Source of the DNA: Flavobacteriales bacterium
GTDB taxonomy: Bacteria > Bacteroidota > Bacteroidia > Flavobacteriales_D > Crocinitomicaceae
DNA: 64,000 bases
Assembly (NCBI GenBank): GCA_947500875.1
Contig: CANMUN010000007.1
Coordinates: 2,244-66,243 of the forward strand
Direction of reading: 5' to 3'
The notes beneath the pieces are model-generated. The model ran no database searches, was not told where the DNA came from, and saw nothing but the letters and a program-made list of their open reading frames with translations. Positions 10,483 through 21,542 of this stretch are shown here, one piece after another. The position numbers were made by a program, and so were the translations under genes. The number at the start of each line of letters is the position of its first letter. Within the stretch, counting starts at the first letter, position 1.

Positions 10483-12009
10483 ATGCATGAAACGATACTG
10501 ATTTACGATTTTGGTTCTCAATATACCCAGCTCATAGCACGAAGAATACGTGAAATGAATGTGTTTTGCGAAATTCTACCTTGGTCCAAATGGGGAGAAC
10601 CCGTGGAAGCCAAAGGGATCATTCTTTCGGGAAGCCCTTTTTCGGTTAGAGAACCCCAGTCACCCCAACCAAATTTAGCCCTCTTGAAAGGCAAGATGCC
10701 AATATTGGGGATATGCTACGGGGCACAATTATTGGCGCATCAATTTGGCGGAGAAGTATCTGCCTCCAATACCCGAGAGTACGGTCGTGCGATGTTCGCT
10801 CCATCCTCTGAGGTTGATTTACTGCGGGGAATTTCCAAGTCAACCCAAGTATGGATGTCCCATGGCGACTCGATCAGTCGTTTACCAAATAACGCCGTGT
10901 GCATTGGCAGCACGGAAGATGTCGTGAATGCCGCCTACCGTTTTAGGGATGAAGCCACTTTTGGTGTACAGTTTCACCCCGAAGTGTACCATTCTTTGGA
11001 AGGAATGCAGTTGTTAAAGAATTTTGTGCTCGGTGTTTGTGGATGTTCAGGTGATTGGACTCCTGGTGCTTTCATTGAAGAGCAAGTTGCGGCCTTGCGT
11101 GCCAAAATAGGTTCCGATAAGGTTATCATGGGATTGTCGGGCGGAGTGGATTCATCCGTAGCCGCCATGTTGTTACATCGCGCCATAGGAGACCAATTGC
11201 ATTGCATTTTTGTGGATAATGGGTTACTTCGCAAAAACGAATATCAACAGGTTTTGGAGTCCTATCAGCACATGGGACTGAACATTAAAGGAGTGGATGC
11301 TTCGGAAAAATTTTACCAAGCACTGAGCGGTTTAACGGATCCAGAAGCAAAAAGGAAAGCCATAGGCAGGGTATTCATAGAGGTTTTTGACGAAGAATCG
11401 AGCGCCGTGGAACAGGCCCGTTGGCTTGGTCAGGGTACGATTTACCCAGACGTCATTGAATCAATTTCGGCGACAGGTGGTCCATCTCAAACCATTAAAT
11501 CGCATCATAACGTGGGTGGCTTACCGGATTTTATGAAGCTCAGCGTGGTTGAACCGTTACGCAGCCTGTTTAAGGACGAGGTGCGACGGATTGGCGCAGC
11601 GCTGGAAATGGATGCGAATTTGTTGGGAAGGCATCCGTTTCCCGGACCAGGTTTGGGTATACGAATTTTAGGGGAAGTGACGGCTGAAAAAGTACGCTTG
11701 CTGCAAGAGGCGGACGCCATTTTTATTGGGCACCTAAGAAAAGAAGGATTGTACGATTCGGTTTGGCAGGCAGGGGTGATTTTGCTCCCCGTTCAATCGG
11801 TGGGAGTCATGGGCGATGAACGAACCTATGAAAACGCAGTGGCCCTGCGAGCTGTTACTTCCACTGATGGGATGACAGCCGACTGGTGCCATTTGCCGTA
11901 CGATTTTCTTGCGGAAGTGTCCAATAGAATCATCAATCAAGTAAGGGGAATCAACCGTGTCACTTACGATATCAGTTCAAAGCCACCGGCAACCATCGAA
12001 TGGGAATAA
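10483..12009 (+). CDS. guaA: GMP synthase (glutamine-hydrolysing)
   Basis: [41 protein letters not shown]. Confidence 0.99.
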   Translation: MHETILIYDFGSQYTQLIARRIREMNVFCEILPWSKWGEPVEAKGIILSGSPFSVREPQSPQPNLALLKGKMPILGICYGAQLLAHQFGGEVSASNTREYGRAMFAPSSEVDLLRGISKSTQVWMSHGDSISRLPNNAVCIGSTEDVVNAAYRFRDEATFGVQFHPEVYHSLEGMQLLKNFVLGVCGCSGDWTPGAFIEEQVAALRAKIGSDKVIMGLSGGVDSSVAAMLLHRAIGDQLHCIFVDNGLLRKNEYQQVLESYQHMGLNIKGVDASEKFYQALSGLTDPEAKRKAIGRVFIEVFDEESSAVEQARWLGQGTIYPDVIESISATGGPSQTIKSHHNVGGLPDFMKLSVVEPLRSLFKDEVRRIGAALEMDANLLGRHPFPGPGLGIRILGEVTAEKVRLLQEADAIFIGHLRKEGLYDSVWQAGVILLPVQSVGVMGDERTYENAVALRAVTSTDGMTADWCHLPYDFLAEVSNRIINQVRGINRVTYDISSKPPATIEWE

Positions 12010-13781
12010 AGATAAAAGTACTGCTCCTCATAGGGATTGGATGGAATTCCTTTGCCCAGGATTGGATCCCCTTAGTGGATCAAAAAGGTAAAGTGTACCA
12101 TGCGGTGAGTTTCAAGCCGGGTATGAGCCTTGTTGCGGTGTTGCAGTCAACGAACACTCCATCGGACACTTTTAAATTGGACAATCCTTTGATCAACGAT
12201 GAAGTGGTTGAAGGAGCGATTCTGTATTTTCGAGTTGAACGCAAAGACCAAAGATATCTCGTGGCCAGCGGCGATACGCCTTATGCCATTGCTAAAAAAT
12301 TTGCAATTTTTTTGGATACCTTGTATGCGAGCAATCCGGAAATACGGAGTGTACCCTTAAAAGTGGGGCAGCAAGTAAGCATTAAGGGTGGGGTGGTTCG
12401 GTATCCAAGTTCGTTATTCTGGGTTCCCAACCTAACGGATGAATCGACGGGAGAACCGGTTACGGAAGAGGTTTACCGCAGGTTTTTATTTGAGGATACC
12501 GTTCTGATGTATCAGGTGCGAAATGGAGAAAGCCTATCCATGGTGGCAAAACGCTTTCTAACAACCCCCAAAAAATTAAAGGCCTACAACGGTTTATCCG
12601 GGAATGGCCTCAAGGCAGGAATGACCCTTAAAATACCATTAATTAAAGATTCAATCAATCCTCCAATGGGAGTAATGCCTACGGCCGATAAGCGTTTCAA
12701 AGCTCCGCTCATTCAGCCTGCGTCAAACGCTCCGTTTAGGATGCCCACAAAAAAAGAAAAAACCTTCAGAATCGGCATATTTTTACCGTTGGGGGGGGAT
12801 ACATGTCAGTCGCCTTTACGCGGTATGCCTAAAGTTGCGCTTGAATTTTATATGGGGGCAATGTTGGCAGTTGATTCATTGAATCGGCTCGGTTGTCGAG
12901 GCGAAATTCGATTTTTTGACTATTGGTCTAGGCATGAATCCGTGAACAAGGTTATCGCGTCGGGGGTAATTTCGTCCTTGGATTTGGTGTTAGGTCCTTT
13001 GCATCCAGCGGAATCAGAGCTCTTAGCCCAGCATTGTCAATCGCTTGAAGTCCCCATCGTATTGCAGCTCCCAACCTTGAATTCAACGCTAAAAGAAAAT
13101 CCTGTTGCGTTCGGGATTGCGACGGAAATGGACCTGCAGATTGAGCAAATGGCAGCTTTGGCGGTCAAGCGAGCTCCCGTTGACCAGGTGATCTTATTCA
13201 CTACTAAACTTCCTGCAGATACGGCTCGAGAAAACATGTTCGTTCAACAATTCAAGCAAATGAACTTGGGGAGTAAGCGTTTGATTGTTGCCGACGCGTC
13301 CATGCTTAAAGCGTTGTTGCAGAGTGGAAAACCCTCCTTAATTTTCAGTGTTTCTCTCGATAAAACCAAAGTCGCTGAAGTAACAACGTGGGTAAAAAAG
13401 GCCGATCTAACCTATAAACTCGTCGGACTGAAGGAGTGGACGGATTGGAAAGAAATCAATGGAAATATCCAACAAGAAAGCGATTTTTATTATTTCAGCA
13501 CCGGTTGCGTTGATTATAATGATCGCTCCCTTAAGGCGGTTCACAAACGCTTTCGTTCCGCCTATCAGACCGATTTTACTCGATATGCCATGCTGGGATT
13601 TGATGAGGTACTCGGTTTTGGCTCATGGTTATCGGGATGTGGTCCGAATTTCCCTTACCAAGGTGTGATGATGCATTTTGATTACCGTAAAACAACGCAA
13701 AAGTATCATAGCAATTACGGACTTCAAAGGTGCCGTTTTAGGAATTTTAAAACAGAAAAAAATGCCAATTTTGACGAGTGA
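12000..13781 (+). CDS. LysM-repeat protein with periplasmic-binding-protein-like C-terminus
   Basis: LysM motifs ([32 protein letters not shown]); [13 protein letters not shown] segment; located next to guaA. Confidence 0.8.
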   Translation: MGIKIKVLLLIGIGWNSFAQDWIPLVDQKGKVYHAVSFKPGMSLVAVLQSTNTPSDTFKLDNPLINDEVVEGAILYFRVERKDQRYLVASGDTPYAIAKKFAIFLDTLYASNPEIRSVPLKVGQQVSIKGGVVRYPSSLFWVPNLTDESTGEPVTEEVYRRFLFEDTVLMYQVRNGESLSMVAKRFLTTPKKLKAYNGLSGNGLKAGMTLKIPLIKDSINPPMGVMPTADKRFKAPLIQPASNAPFRMPTKKEKTFRIGIFLPLGGDTCQSPLRGMPKVALEFYMGAMLAVDSLNRLGCRGEIRFFDYWSRHESVNKVIASGVISSLDLVLGPLHPAESELLAQHCQSLEVPIVLQLPTLNSTLKENPVAFGIATEMDLQIEQMAALAVKRAPVDQVILFTTKLPADTARENMFVQQFKQMNLGSKRLIVADASMLKALLQSGKPSLIFSVSLDKTKVAEVTTWVKKADLTYKLVGLKEWTDWKEINGNIQQESDFYYFSTGCVDYNDRSLKAVHKRFRSAYQTDFTRYAMLGFDEVLGFGSWLSGCGPNFPYQGVMMHFDYRKTTQKYHSNYGLQRCRFRNFKTEKNANFDE

Positions 13782-14658
13782 ATTCATATCGCATAGTTTT
13801 CTTGAATTGCAAGCATTTATTGTTAAAGAATTGGAAAATACTGACGGTCAATCGCGTTTTATAAGCGATGAATGGGTGCGGGAAGAAGGCGGGGGAGGAA
13901 GGACCATGATCATCGGTGAAGGAGCGAAAATCATTAAGGGAGGAGTGGCTTTTTCGAAAGTAGAAGGAGAGATAACCTCCTTGATGCGTGACCAGATGGG
14001 GATGCAAGGCCAGCGTTTTTTAGCGACGGGTGTTTCCATTGTGATCCATTCCCGTCATCCAATGCATCCTACCATGCACATGAATGTTCGGTATTTTGAA
14101 ACCGATCAAGGAGAGCATTGGTTTGGAGGAGGCATTGATTTGACCCCTATCTACGTTGATATAATGCTCGCTAAAACCTTTCATCAATCCCTCAAATTAG
14201 CGTGCGATGCTTACGCCGAAAAAGCCTATCATCAATACAAGGCATGGGCTGATGATTATTTTTACTTACCACATCGCAACGAGACGAGGGGTGTCGGGGG
14301 TATTTTCTTTGACCATGTGAAACCCGGCAATGAGGAAGAAAAAGAACGCGTTTTTGCGTTTTGTTTGGAGCTAGGAAGGCTTTTTCCAGTGTTGTATGCC
14401 GCTCAAACAGCAACTGAATTCTCCAAACCTACTGACCAACAATTGACTTGGCAAGCTTTGAGATGGTCACGTTACGTTGAATACAACCTGTTGTTCGATC
14501 GTGGAACCCGTTTCGGAATCATTTCCAATGGACGTACTGAATCTATTCTTTTAAGCATGCCTCCTGTGGCGCATTGGAAGTATAATTACCATCCGGAAAA
14601 GGGAAGCGCTGAGTTACAAACATTGCAGTACTTAAAAAAGGACGTTGTTTGGTTATGA
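13762..14658 (+). CDS. hemF: Oxygen-dependent coproporphyrinogen III oxidase
   Basis: HMNVRYF, WFGGGIDLTP, RGVGGIFFD, YVEYNLLFDRGT, ESILLSMPP. Confidence 0.96.
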   Translation: MPILTSEFISHSFLELQAFIVKELENTDGQSRFISDEWVREEGGGGRTMIIGEGAKIIKGGVAFSKVEGEITSLMRDQMGMQGQRFLATGVSIVIHSRHPMHPTMHMNVRYFETDQGEHWFGGGIDLTPIYVDIMLAKTFHQSLKLACDAYAEKAYHQYKAWADDYFYLPHRNETRGVGGIFFDHVKPGNEEEKERVFAFCLELGRLFPVLYAAQTATEFSKPTDQQLTWQALRWSRYVEYNLLFDRGTRFGIISNGRTESILLSMPPVAHWKYNYHPEKGSAELQTLQYLKKDVVWL

Positions 14659-14677
14659 GTAAAGGATATTTTTTGTT

Positions 14678-14685
14678 TACCTTTG
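14678..14685 (+). promoter_or_regulatory. Bacteroidota -7 promoter element (TACCTTTG)
   Basis: TAnnTTTG 25 nt upstream of ATG 14711. Confidence 0.6.
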
Positions 14686-14710
14686 CGAGGAAATTTTCTA
14701 AACAGCGCAA

Positions 14711-17700
14711 ATGTTTCAAAAAATACTCGGTGCCATTGCACTAACCTTGGTCGGTGTAGCACATAGCCAAACCCCGGTTCCCAGTTTTAGTTCTGTTCCT
14801 GCCGCGGTGGGGGGTACTATCACGATATGCCAGGGACAAACCATTACGTACAACAATACCTCAAACCAAACCTTAGCAGGGGCCACCTATGCTTGGTCTT
14901 TTGGGGTTGGGGCCGTTCCTTTCAACTCGAACGCCGTTGGTCCACATACGGTTACGTACAATACTCCAGGAGCAACAACGGTTTCGTTAACGGTTAATAA
15001 TCAAAACGGAACAGGGGGTCAGGTTTTCACCCGAAACATTGTAGTAGTTGCCACGCCAAATTCAGCTTTAACACTTGTCTCATCGGGAGGTGGTTACGGT
15101 ACTTCAACGCAAAACGGCCAAACCGTCTTTAGGAATTGCGGTTCGATTGATTCTGCGTTGTTTACGTTCAATGCAGCGGTGAATAATACGGTTTCACAAA
15201 CGTTTAACTGGGGCGACGGTTCTTCCTCAACGAACCTTGCCATGGTAGGTACCCAGATAACCCATGATTATCCTCAGGGTCAATTCGTGATGACACATAC
15301 CGTCACTCAAAACGGTTGCTCAAGTACTTCGACGTACATTGTGTTCAATGGCAGTGCACCGCAGGTGACAGTAACCGCCATAGGTTCGAATACGTGTCTT
15401 CCTTCCCCTTATTCGATTGATATATTGTCCAACGATGTTCCAATTACCTACACGGTCAGTTTTTCGGACGGAACGCCAAACCTGGTGTTCACAACGGCCA
15501 ATGATACGACCATTGACCACATTTTTACCACCTCCTCCTGCGGAGTAGATTATGTCATAGCTCCTGGTTTGCCTCCTATTCCTAATGCCTATTCTGCTGC
15601 TGTTATTGCTCAGAATATTTGTTCCAATAATGGAATTCCTACGGTTATTACGGTAGGTCCCATTATCATTTCTACGGGGACTACTCCGGATTTTAGTTAT
15701 ACACCACAATCCCCTGTTTGCGTACTAGAGCCTGTTACCTTCAACAACGAGTCCATTGCCGGAGAAACGGTGAGTCAAGCCGGTTGCGATACCACCTACG
15801 GTTATTATTGGGCCATAACTCCGAATACGTTTACTCTGAACAGCGGTTCTTTGGGATCTTCGAACGGTTTTACGGGTGCGAATTATGATTACACCCAGTG
15901 GACGAACGGTTCTTATGACATGGAGGTCTTGTTCAGTCAGCCCGGCACGTATTACGTAACCCTTTACACCGGTGAGTTTTGCGGCTATGATTCCATTGTT
16001 GACTCGGTGGTTATTAAACCAGAAGCGCATTTAACTTTTTCGTTGTACCAACAAACCATTTGCAGCGGCGATTCCTCGGCTTTGTTTACGATGACTGCAG
16101 ACCAACCAAACTATGTAATCAATTGGGATATTACGGATACTACCAACATTAGCAATATCACGGTGTTGTCGGGTAGCGGGGTCACGCCTGTTACGTTTAA
16201 TGCATTGGTGCCGCAAAACAACACCAACGAAGTCGGAACGATTGAAATTACGGCAACGGTGGAATGTTCCAACGATTCGGCAGATGTTCATACCATCACC
16301 GTTAACCCTCAAGCTAATGCAACGGTCGACCCAACCTTTTATCAAATTTGCTCAGGTGAGACGACGGACATCGATATCGAAAGCAATTTGGACAATGTTG
16401 GTTTTTCATGGACCGCAACAGCACCGGGAACGATAACCGGTCATTCGAATGGAACGGGGGCGAATATCGCTCAGACCTTGAATAATTCGGGTACCACCAT
16501 GGATACGGTTGAATACATTATTACGGTTTTGAATGCCCAGTGTCCGGGAGATACTGCGGTGGTTTCGGTAGCGGTGCAGCCCGAACTTACCTTTAACGCG
16601 AATCCCGACTTCACCGTTTGTCCAGGTTTCCCGATAGATCCGGACGATTACATTACCAGCCCACCCAATGCTACCATTACATGGACCAACACCAATACGA
16701 ACATCGGGTTAGGGGCATCGGGTAACGGGAATGTTCCAACGTTTACTTCTGGAAATAATACTTCCGGCAGTACCATTAGCGGTACGATTGAAGTAACCAT
16801 GCAGTTGAACGATTGTCCAGCCGTAACGGATCAGTTTGTCGTGAATGTCAACTCGGCTCCGGATTTTGACTACACTACCACTCCTCAAAACGGGTTGGAT
16901 TGTATTACGGGCATTGGTGTTATCAACGGTGTGGTGAACCCCAACAACTCCTCGGCTACGTGGTCAGGACCGGGAATTGTATCGGGCGGGAATACCTTCA
17001 CTCCCGTTATCAACCAGCCTGGACAGTACACGGTTGAGTTAATTAACAATAATAACGGTTGTATTTCCAATTTTGCCGTAACCATCGAACCGCCGACACT
17101 CATCAACATTACTTCGGTAAATATTACGAATGTGTCGTGTTTTAACGGGTCCAACGGAACGATAAGCATTAATACGGATAACGGGAACGGCTCCAACATT
17201 AACTATGATTGGACGCCCTCTTTAGCGAATTCGGCGAATGTGAACGGACTTAGTTCGGGAACTTACTCCGTGGAGGTGACAAATGAAGACGGGTGCATCG
17301 ATGATACAACCGTGGTGATTACACAACCAACGCAAATTACCATTGCTCAAATTGATTCAACAGGTTCGGAGTGCTTGGAGGCTAACGGTAGTTTGACCGT
17401 GGTTGCAGCTGGAGGACAGGGAGGTTATTCTTACAGTTGGTCTTCTGGAAATAACGGTCCTACAGCCAATAACATTGATGCCGGGACCTACACGGTAACG
17501 GCAACGGATGCCGCTGGATGTTCCGTTTCTGAGAGCTATGATTTGGGATGTACACCGTTGATTCCAATTGTAATTCCTCAATTCCTTTCTCCTAATGGAG
17601 ATAATTTAAACGAACTTTGGATTATTCAAAATATAGAACAGTATCCAGACATTAAAGTAAAAGTATACAACCGTTGGGGTAATGAAGTATTTGAATCAAG

Positions 17701-17839
17701 GCCTTACAACAACGACTGGAATGGGCATTTGAGGGGAACTCATCCGAATCCGTTACCTGCAGGAACGTATTTCTACTTAGTGGATACGAATAAGAAGTCA
17801 CAGGATATTTACCAAGGATATATTGAAATTCAGCCATGA
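14711..17839 (+). CDS. T9SS type-B CTD (gliding-motility-associated C-terminal domain) surface protein with PKD-like and SprB-like repeats
   Basis: Signal peptide; PKD-like WGDG/WSFG motifs; SprB-like NVSCFNGSNG; C-terminal FLSPNGDNLNE...YNRWG...GTYFY. Confidence 0.88.
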   Translation: MFQKILGAIALTLVGVAHSQTPVPSFSSVPAAVGGTITICQGQTITYNNTSNQTLAGATYAWSFGVGAVPFNSNAVGPHTVTYNTPGATTVSLTVNNQNGTGGQVFTRNIVVVATPNSALTLVSSGGGYGTSTQNGQTVFRNCGSIDSALFTFNAAVNNTVSQTFNWGDGSSSTNLAMVGTQITHDYPQGQFVMTHTVTQNGCSSTSTYIVFNGSAPQVTVTAIGSNTCLPSPYSIDILSNDVPITYTVSFSDGTPNLVFTTANDTTIDHIFTTSSCGVDYVIAPGLPPIPNAYSAAVIAQNICSNNGIPTVITVGPIIISTGTTPDFSYTPQSPVCVLEPVTFNNESIAGETVSQAGCDTTYGYYWAITPNTFTLNSGSLGSSNGFTGANYDYTQWTNGSYDMEVLFSQPGTYYVTLYTGEFCGYDSIVDSVVIKPEAHLTFSLYQQTICSGDSSALFTMTADQPNYVINWDITDTTNISNITVLSGSGVTPVTFNALVPQNNTNEVGTIEITATVECSNDSADVHTITVNPQANATVDPTFYQICSGETTDIDIESNLDNVGFSWTATAPGTITGHSNGTGANIAQTLNNSGTTMDTVEYIITVLNAQCPGDTAVVSVAVQPELTFNANPDFTVCPGFPIDPDDYITSPPNATITWTNTNTNIGLGASGNGNVPTFTSGNNTSGSTISGTIEVTMQLNDCPAVTDQFVVNVNSAPDFDYTTTPQNGLDCITGIGVINGVVNPNNSSATWSGPGIVSGGNTFTPVINQPGQYTVELINNNNGCISNFAVTIEPPTLINITSVNITNVSCFNGSNGTISINTDNGNGSNINYDWTPSLANSANVNGLSSGTYSVEVTNEDGCIDDTTVVITQPTQITIAQIDSTGSECLEANGSLTVVAAGGQGGYSYSWSSGNNGPTANNIDAGTYTVTATDAAGCSVSESYDLGCTPLIPIVIPQFLSPNGDNLNELWIIQNIEQYPDIKVKVYNRWGNEVFESRPYNNDWNGHLRGTHPNPLPAGTYFYLVDTNKKSQDIYQGYIEIQP

Positions 17840-18747
17840 TGAAAAAGATTGCCATATTATTTTACGTTGTTCTAGCCAGTACGGCCCTTTGGAGTCAGCA
17901 AGATGCGCAGACCTCCATGTACTTTTTCAATCCTTTACAATTCAATCCGGGTTATGCCGGAAGTCGGGGTACGTTTAACGTTACCGGGGTCACTCGTGCG
18001 CAGTGGATTGGATGGGAAGGTGCACCGAATACCCAGTTTTTATCGTTCCACGGACCGGTTTTACGCCAGAACATTGGATTAGGTGGGAACATTGCTTACG
18101 ATCGAATTGGTTCGCGAACTGCGCTGAATGCCATGGCGAATTTCGCATACCATTTGCGCTTGAACGAAGACAATATGCGTTTGTCGCTTGGATTGTCAGG
18201 GGGAATTCAACAATACGGTTATGATTTCTCGGGATTGATTGTAAATGATCCAACCGATGCGAACTATTTGAATTCGTTCCGTCAAACCAAGGCGAATTTT
18301 GGTTTTGGTGCGTATTTCTACGATAATAACTTTTATGCGGGCTTGTCCATTCCTAGACTCATCAAACGAAGCATAGATAACAGTACCGGAAATTCCTATC
18401 TGCAACGTCATATTTACTTGACAGGGGGGTATGTGCACAGTTTTGGGTCGACCTTCGACATCAAGCCTTCTGTTTTAGTGAAGTATACGGGCAGTGGTCC
18501 AATTATAGCCGATTTGAACCTTAGCGTTCATTTGTATAAACGTTTTTGGATCGGTGGTTTGTACCGTACTACGGATTGCGCAGGATTTAATTTTGCCTAC
18601 CAAATCAAGGATTGGTGCATGGCAGGATATGCCTTCGATTTCCCGCTGAATGGAAAAATGGTGAATCAATGGGCCACCCACGAACTCATGATTTCTTTTG
18701 ATTTACGTGGAAAAAATAATGCGATTCAAAGCCCTAGATATTTTTAA
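17836..18747 (+). CDS. PorP/SprF family T9SS outer-membrane protein
   Basis: QQDAQTSMYFFN...NPGYAG, RAQW.G.EGAP.T, C-terminal SPRYF; follows a type-B CTD cargo gene. Confidence 0.9.
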   Translation: MMKKIAILFYVVLASTALWSQQDAQTSMYFFNPLQFNPGYAGSRGTFNVTGVTRAQWIGWEGAPNTQFLSFHGPVLRQNIGLGGNIAYDRIGSRTALNAMANFAYHLRLNEDNMRLSLGLSGGIQQYGYDFSGLIVNDPTDANYLNSFRQTKANFGFGAYFYDNNFYAGLSIPRLIKRSIDNSTGNSYLQRHIYLTGGYVHSFGSTFDIKPSVLVKYTGSGPIIADLNLSVHLYKRFWIGGLYRTTDCAGFNFAYQIKDWCMAGYAFDFPLNGKMVNQWATHELMISFDLRGKNNAIQSPRYF

Positions 18748-18748
18748 T

Positions 18749-21022
18749 ATGAAAGCGACAACTATCCTCATTCTTGCGTGTCTATTGTGCTCTTTCCAAG
18801 GTTGGGCACAAGAGTACAAAATTAATTATGCCAAAGAACTGTCTTCGGAGTACCGATTTTCTGAGGCCCTTCCCGTTTGGGAGGAATTATTGCTTATTGC
18901 CGATAAGAAAAAGTACAAAGAATACTTTATTTTAAGCAAAACTCTTGAGGCTTCATATTTTTCGGAGAATTATTCGAAAACGGTTTATTGGTTTTCTAAG
19001 AAACGCAATTGGTTAAACGCGCAAAAGGCGGATAGCACCGAAAAAGAATGGGTTTATTATTTAAACGCGTTACGTTATTGTAATTTGGGCTCGAGATTTC
19101 AAGGGGCTTTGGATTCTGCGCTTTCAGCGAATCCCAATTCAACCATTCTAAATGCAAGAAAGGATGGATTTGCTGATTATTTGACGAATGCGGTACGTAT
19201 TTCCGATTATCAGGTGCGCATGTATAAAAAAGGTTCGAAGGGGGAGGAGTACGGTGCCTTTCCTTACAAAACGGGTATTTTGTTCGTCTCCAACGAATTC
19301 AACCATAATGCGATCAATCGAAATTACCCGCGCACCGGTCAATACTATTCGGATGTCGCTTTTTACGACTCTCTGCAGGCACTTCAAAAGTACAAGGTTT
19401 ATCAAAAGCCTTTTTGGATTGATTTTATCTACAAAAACCGCTGGAGAGAGTTGGACCGAAACCGTTCGCATGATGGTCCTGTTTCGTTTAGTCCTGATAA
19501 AAGTTTACTGTTTGTCACCACCAATTTCAGCGAAAAGGATAAAACGGATACGGTGAAATACCGTCGATTGCAACAGCACGTTTACCGCATGGATGGAGAA
19601 GAGATGGTTCAAATTGAATTCCCTTTCAATTCGCCGCAATTCAGCACGGGACATGCCACAATGGACCTCGATGGCAATGTTTATTTTACCTCCGATCGAC
19701 CCGGTAGCATGGTAAAGTGGACGTCTTGGAATGGTAAAAAAGTTGATACGGTTTACAGTACTGATATATGGAAAACTACCTATGTCGATGGAACATGGTC
19801 TGCTCCTGAAAATCTTGGAGCAACCATTAATACGGTAGGTGATGAGATGTTCCCGTTCATCTCCAATTGGGGGGTGTTATATTTCAGCTCAAGCGAATGG
19901 GGAAGCATGGGCGGATTGGACATTTTTAGTTCCGAGTTGGACGGAAGGAAACCAGAACACATTGGAGCTCCTTTAAATTCTACGTCGGATGATTTCTCCT
20001 ACTACGTCGATGAAGAAACGGGCAACGGTTATTTTTCAACGAACCGGGATAAACTTGCCGACCGCATCTACGCATTCAAGAAACCGGTTTTCAAAGCTGA
20101 TTTAGTGGTTTCGCTGGCCGATTGTAAAGGTAAAGCCCTCAAGAATACGGAAATAACCATTACCGACTTGAACAACGGTGAAGCAACGGTTTTGGCTACC
20201 CTCGACAACGGTCAAACAGAAGCATTGGCGTTGAAACGAAATCATGAGTATAAGATTGTTTACGTAGGTACGGACGTTTTGACGGGAGATTCTACGACGT
20301 ATAAAGCCACTGAGTCCATTAGCGAGATGGTCAATTTCACAACGTATTATAAACGTTTCATTTCAAAAGTAACGGTATTGGACAGCGTTTCTAAACCAAT
20401 GGATAATGCAGTTTTTGAAATTTACAGGTCGAATGGTTCTTCTTTTTCCATTAATTCAGACAAAACAGGTTCATATTCTTGGAGAAATGAAGGTGTAGAT
20501 AAAGTTGATTCATTGGTGGTTAGTGCGATAAATTACGTGAATGGTAGCTTGGCGATACCCAGTGTTGAAAACAATAATTGTATTGATACGGTATACTATA
20601 CTATTGCCATGAAAACGATTTCCAAAGAGAATTTCATCAATATAAAGAGAATCCTATACAATTTTGATAAGTATTTCTTGCGTCCAGAGGGCAAACAGGA
20701 ATTGGATAAGTTGGTTGCATTCATGAAGGCACACCCCAAGTATCGAGTTGAACTTTATTCGCATACCGATTCCAGAGGTTCCGATAAATACAATATGAAA
20801 CTTTCGAAGAATAGGGCTAAAAGTTGTGTAGATTATATCGTAAGTAAGGGGATAAGCAAAGATTTAATAACTGCCTTTGGTTTTGGCGAAACCCAACTGG
20901 AGAATCATTGTTCAAACGGTGTTCCTTGTTCAATAGAAGAACATCAAAATAATAGAAGGACTATTCCCAAGTTATTCACTCAATCGAATGAAGCTCTTGA
21001 CAATAACAAGTTAAAGGAATAA
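18749..21022 (+). CDS. OmpA-family protein with TPR-like and PD40 segments (PorE-like)
   Basis: PD40-like YFTSDRPG, GGLDIF; OmpA domain SHTDSRGSDKYNMKLSKNRA...NRR. Confidence 0.85.
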   Translation: MKATTILILACLLCSFQGWAQEYKINYAKELSSEYRFSEALPVWEELLLIADKKKYKEYFILSKTLEASYFSENYSKTVYWFSKKRNWLNAQKADSTEKEWVYYLNALRYCNLGSRFQGALDSALSANPNSTILNARKDGFADYLTNAVRISDYQVRMYKKGSKGEEYGAFPYKTGILFVSNEFNHNAINRNYPRTGQYYSDVAFYDSLQALQKYKVYQKPFWIDFIYKNRWRELDRNRSHDGPVSFSPDKSLLFVTTNFSEKDKTDTVKYRRLQQHVYRMDGEEMVQIEFPFNSPQFSTGHATMDLDGNVYFTSDRPGSMVKWTSWNGKKVDTVYSTDIWKTTYVDGTWSAPENLGATINTVGDEMFPFISNWGVLYFSSSEWGSMGGLDIFSSELDGRKPEHIGAPLNSTSDDFSYYVDEETGNGYFSTNRDKLADRIYAFKKPVFKADLVVSLADCKGKALKNTEITITDLNNGEATVLATLDNGQTEALALKRNHEYKIVYVGTDVLTGDSTTYKATESISEMVNFTTYYKRFISKVTVLDSVSKPMDNAVFEIYRSNGSSFSINSDKTGSYSWRNEGVDKVDSLVVSAINYVNGSLAIPSVENNNCIDTVYYTIAMKTISKENFINIKRILYNFDKYFLRPEGKQELDKLVAFMKAHPKYRVELYSHTDSRGSDKYNMKLSKNRAKSCVDYIVSKGISKDLITAFGFGETQLENHCSNGVPCSIEEHQNNRRTIPKLFTQSNEALDNNKLKE

Positions 21023-21023
21023 C

Positions 21024-21542
21024 ATGTCTTCCGAAGAATCGCAGACGCGGATGAATGCTAGGCCTCCTAAGAGTTTAATGGTTTTATTGGTCCTTACATG
21101 GGTTAATACCTTGTTTTCCATCGTTACAACGATTTTCACTTTGATTTTTATGCGCCCAAGTGCTCAGGACCTCGAGCAAGAGAAATTGGAAATGGCCAAA
21201 TCCATCGTGGAGCTGAAAAAGTTAGGCATGGACTCGTTCGTTAGTCTTTTGGAACGTCTTCAGGCAATGACAGAAGCCATGCAACCTTATTTTGTTCAAA
21301 GCAATTTGGTCAATGTTCTAGTGTTGGCAGGCGGTGCTGTTGCAGCTTGGTTCATGTACCAGAGAAATCAGCTTGGATTTCATCTTTACATTATTTATAA
21401 TCTAGCCTCAGTAGGTTCGATATACCTGTTCATCTCACCCTCCCTGATTCCTTCGGTTATCATCTTGGTTAACAGCTTACTTTCCGTGGTTTTTGTCCTC
21501 CTTTACGCCAAACATTTACCTTGGTTGAAGGACCAGGATTAA
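21024..21542 (+). CDS. Hypothetical membrane protein
   Basis: Four hydrophobic segments; abuts the OmpA gene. Confidence 0.6.
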   Translation: MSSEESQTRMNARPPKSLMVLLVLTWVNTLFSIVTTIFTLIFMRPSAQDLEQEKLEMAKSIVELKKLGMDSFVSLLERLQAMTEAMQPYFVQSNLVNVLVLAGGAVAAWFMYQRNQLGFHLYIIYNLASVGSIYLFISPSLIPSVIILVNSLLSVVFVLLYAKHLPWLKDQD

